From Enterobacter quasihormaechei (lineage in GTDB: Bacteria > Pseudomonadota > Gammaproteobacteria > Enterobacterales > Enterobacteriaceae), in assembly GCF_004331385.1 (NCBI RefSeq), contig NZ_SJON01000029.1, positions 414 through 24,413 of the forward strand: a stretch of 24,000 bases of DNA, written 5' to 3'. The notes beneath the pieces were generated by a model. That model ran no database searches, was not told the origin of the DNA, and was given only the letters and a program-made list of their open reading frames with translations. Shown here one piece after another: positions 22,747-24,000 of the stretch. Numbering within the stretch: the first letter of the stretch is position 1; every line of letters begins with the position of its first letter. The position numbers and the translations under genes are program-made.

Positions 22747-23375
22747 TTAGCTGACCGCCTCACTAATCCCATTACTCATGAATCCTTCCTGGATACCCGG
22801 TAGCCCTTTATTTCGTTCATAGACAAACCGTAAAAAAGAAGGCTGTCTCAATCCCGTTTTGTTCAGAATATTCTGGCGATGTGCATATAACGTTTTGACT
22901 GGTATTTCAATTAACAGGGCAATCTCATTAATGTGTAAATCAGATACAAAATATGGCAGCACACGACTCTCTGTATGCGTCAGGTATATACCCTCGGCGC
23001 GCTCACCTTGCGACTCAGGACACTGCAGTATCTGGTTTAACTCACATGAAGCGAGGCTAATGTCTGTTTTATCGAAACAGTTCTACTCCCTAGAATTCCT
23101 TTCGGGAACACCCGACCAGTAACCTTTCCTGTTAGCCAAATCAAGGTGGCATCTGATCTTTCTGTTCGAATTTCATTTAGCGCTGACCAGTCACCCCGGA
23201 AAATGATATGGCTATCAATAATGACAAGTATTCGATCAGCGCCTTTAATGCTATCTGGCAGACTGCAATGATTAAAGCATAACTGCAGGCAGGTTATATC
23301 TCGCATTAAAGCGGAAAGTACTCTGTACAGCCGAAAATTATCCGTCAGGATGACTACCAATAATTCACTATTCAC
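22747..23375 (-). pseudogene. LuxR/FixJ-type regulator split by a frameshift (receiver-like N-terminal part 23037..23375; GerE HTH part 22747..~23060)
   Basis: The N-terminal ORF ends ..KQTLASLHVS* at 23037. A second frame is open from about 23075 and reads ..SCELNQILQCPESQGERAEGIYLTHTESRVLPYFVSDLHINEIALLIEIPVKTLYAHRQNILNKTG (LT-x-RE-x-VL...EIA...S-x-KTV HTH pattern). Joined, the length would be about 200 aa, typical of this family. Confidence 0.55.
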
Positions 23376-23448
23376 TATTCACGAATTGCGTTCTCTTTTA
23401 AATGAAAAATAATGAAGTTATAAATTAACCCTGGGTGAATTAACGAAG

Positions 23449-23472
23449 TCTGGCCGCCATCCGGCGGCCAGA
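23449..23472. terminator. GC-rich hairpin TCTGGCCGCC-ATCC-GGCGGCCAGA between two co-directional minus-strand genes (upstream GH1 gene, downstream LuxR-type gene)
   Basis: Perfect 10-bp stem downstream of the GH1 gene stop (23539). No clear T-run, so terminator activity is uncertain. Confidence 0.35.
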
Positions 23473-23538
23473 CAGTCATTCAGCGATAGATAAAAGTCGT
23501 ATTCACTTCATCGTTTCTGTATGACAAAATCCGGATAT

Positions 23539-24000
<462 letters not shown>

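Overview
This window reads as a mosaic segment of a large conjugative enterobacterial plasmid, Klebsiella/IncF-like by gene content; no database search was possible. From left to right: (1) 1-4100, minus-strand leading-region genes: klcA/ardB antirestriction, an orphan beta-class DNA methyltransferase, a paralogous pair of small proteins and a very acidic 155-aa protein. Three gene blocks are each preceded by a copy of a GC-rich hairpin-forming repeat that I interpret as Frpo-like single-strand promoters. (2) 4145-6730, a ParM/ParR-type actin-like partition operon extended by small membrane/periplasmic ORFs. (3) 6765-8500, LexA-box-controlled umuDC-like translesion polymerase genes. (4) 8500-10360, a Rep_3 iteron replicon: DnaA boxes, AT-rich stretch, five 22-bp origin iterons, operator, repA, then sixteen iterons at a strict 36-bp period. 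(5) 10480-11750, a ParA/RHH (ParF/ParG-like) partition cassette flanked on both sides by TGAAATCATGATTTCA palindromes. (6) 11754-13604, a 427-aa Cys-cluster/nuclease-like orphan plus a zinc-ribbon mini-protein. (7) 13644-15650, a tyrosine recombinase behind three orphan ORFs. (8) 16189-19556, a translationally coupled pair (RHH-fused 369-aa protein plus 751-aa KAP-family P-loop NTPase). This pair is my best candidate for an undescribed defence or abortive-infection module. (9) A CSS-EAL c-di-GMP phosphodiesterase, a complete 1229-bp IS3-family element, a frameshifted LuxR-type regulator and a truncated GH1 phospho-beta-glucosidase. All functional calls rest on motif recognition by eye.
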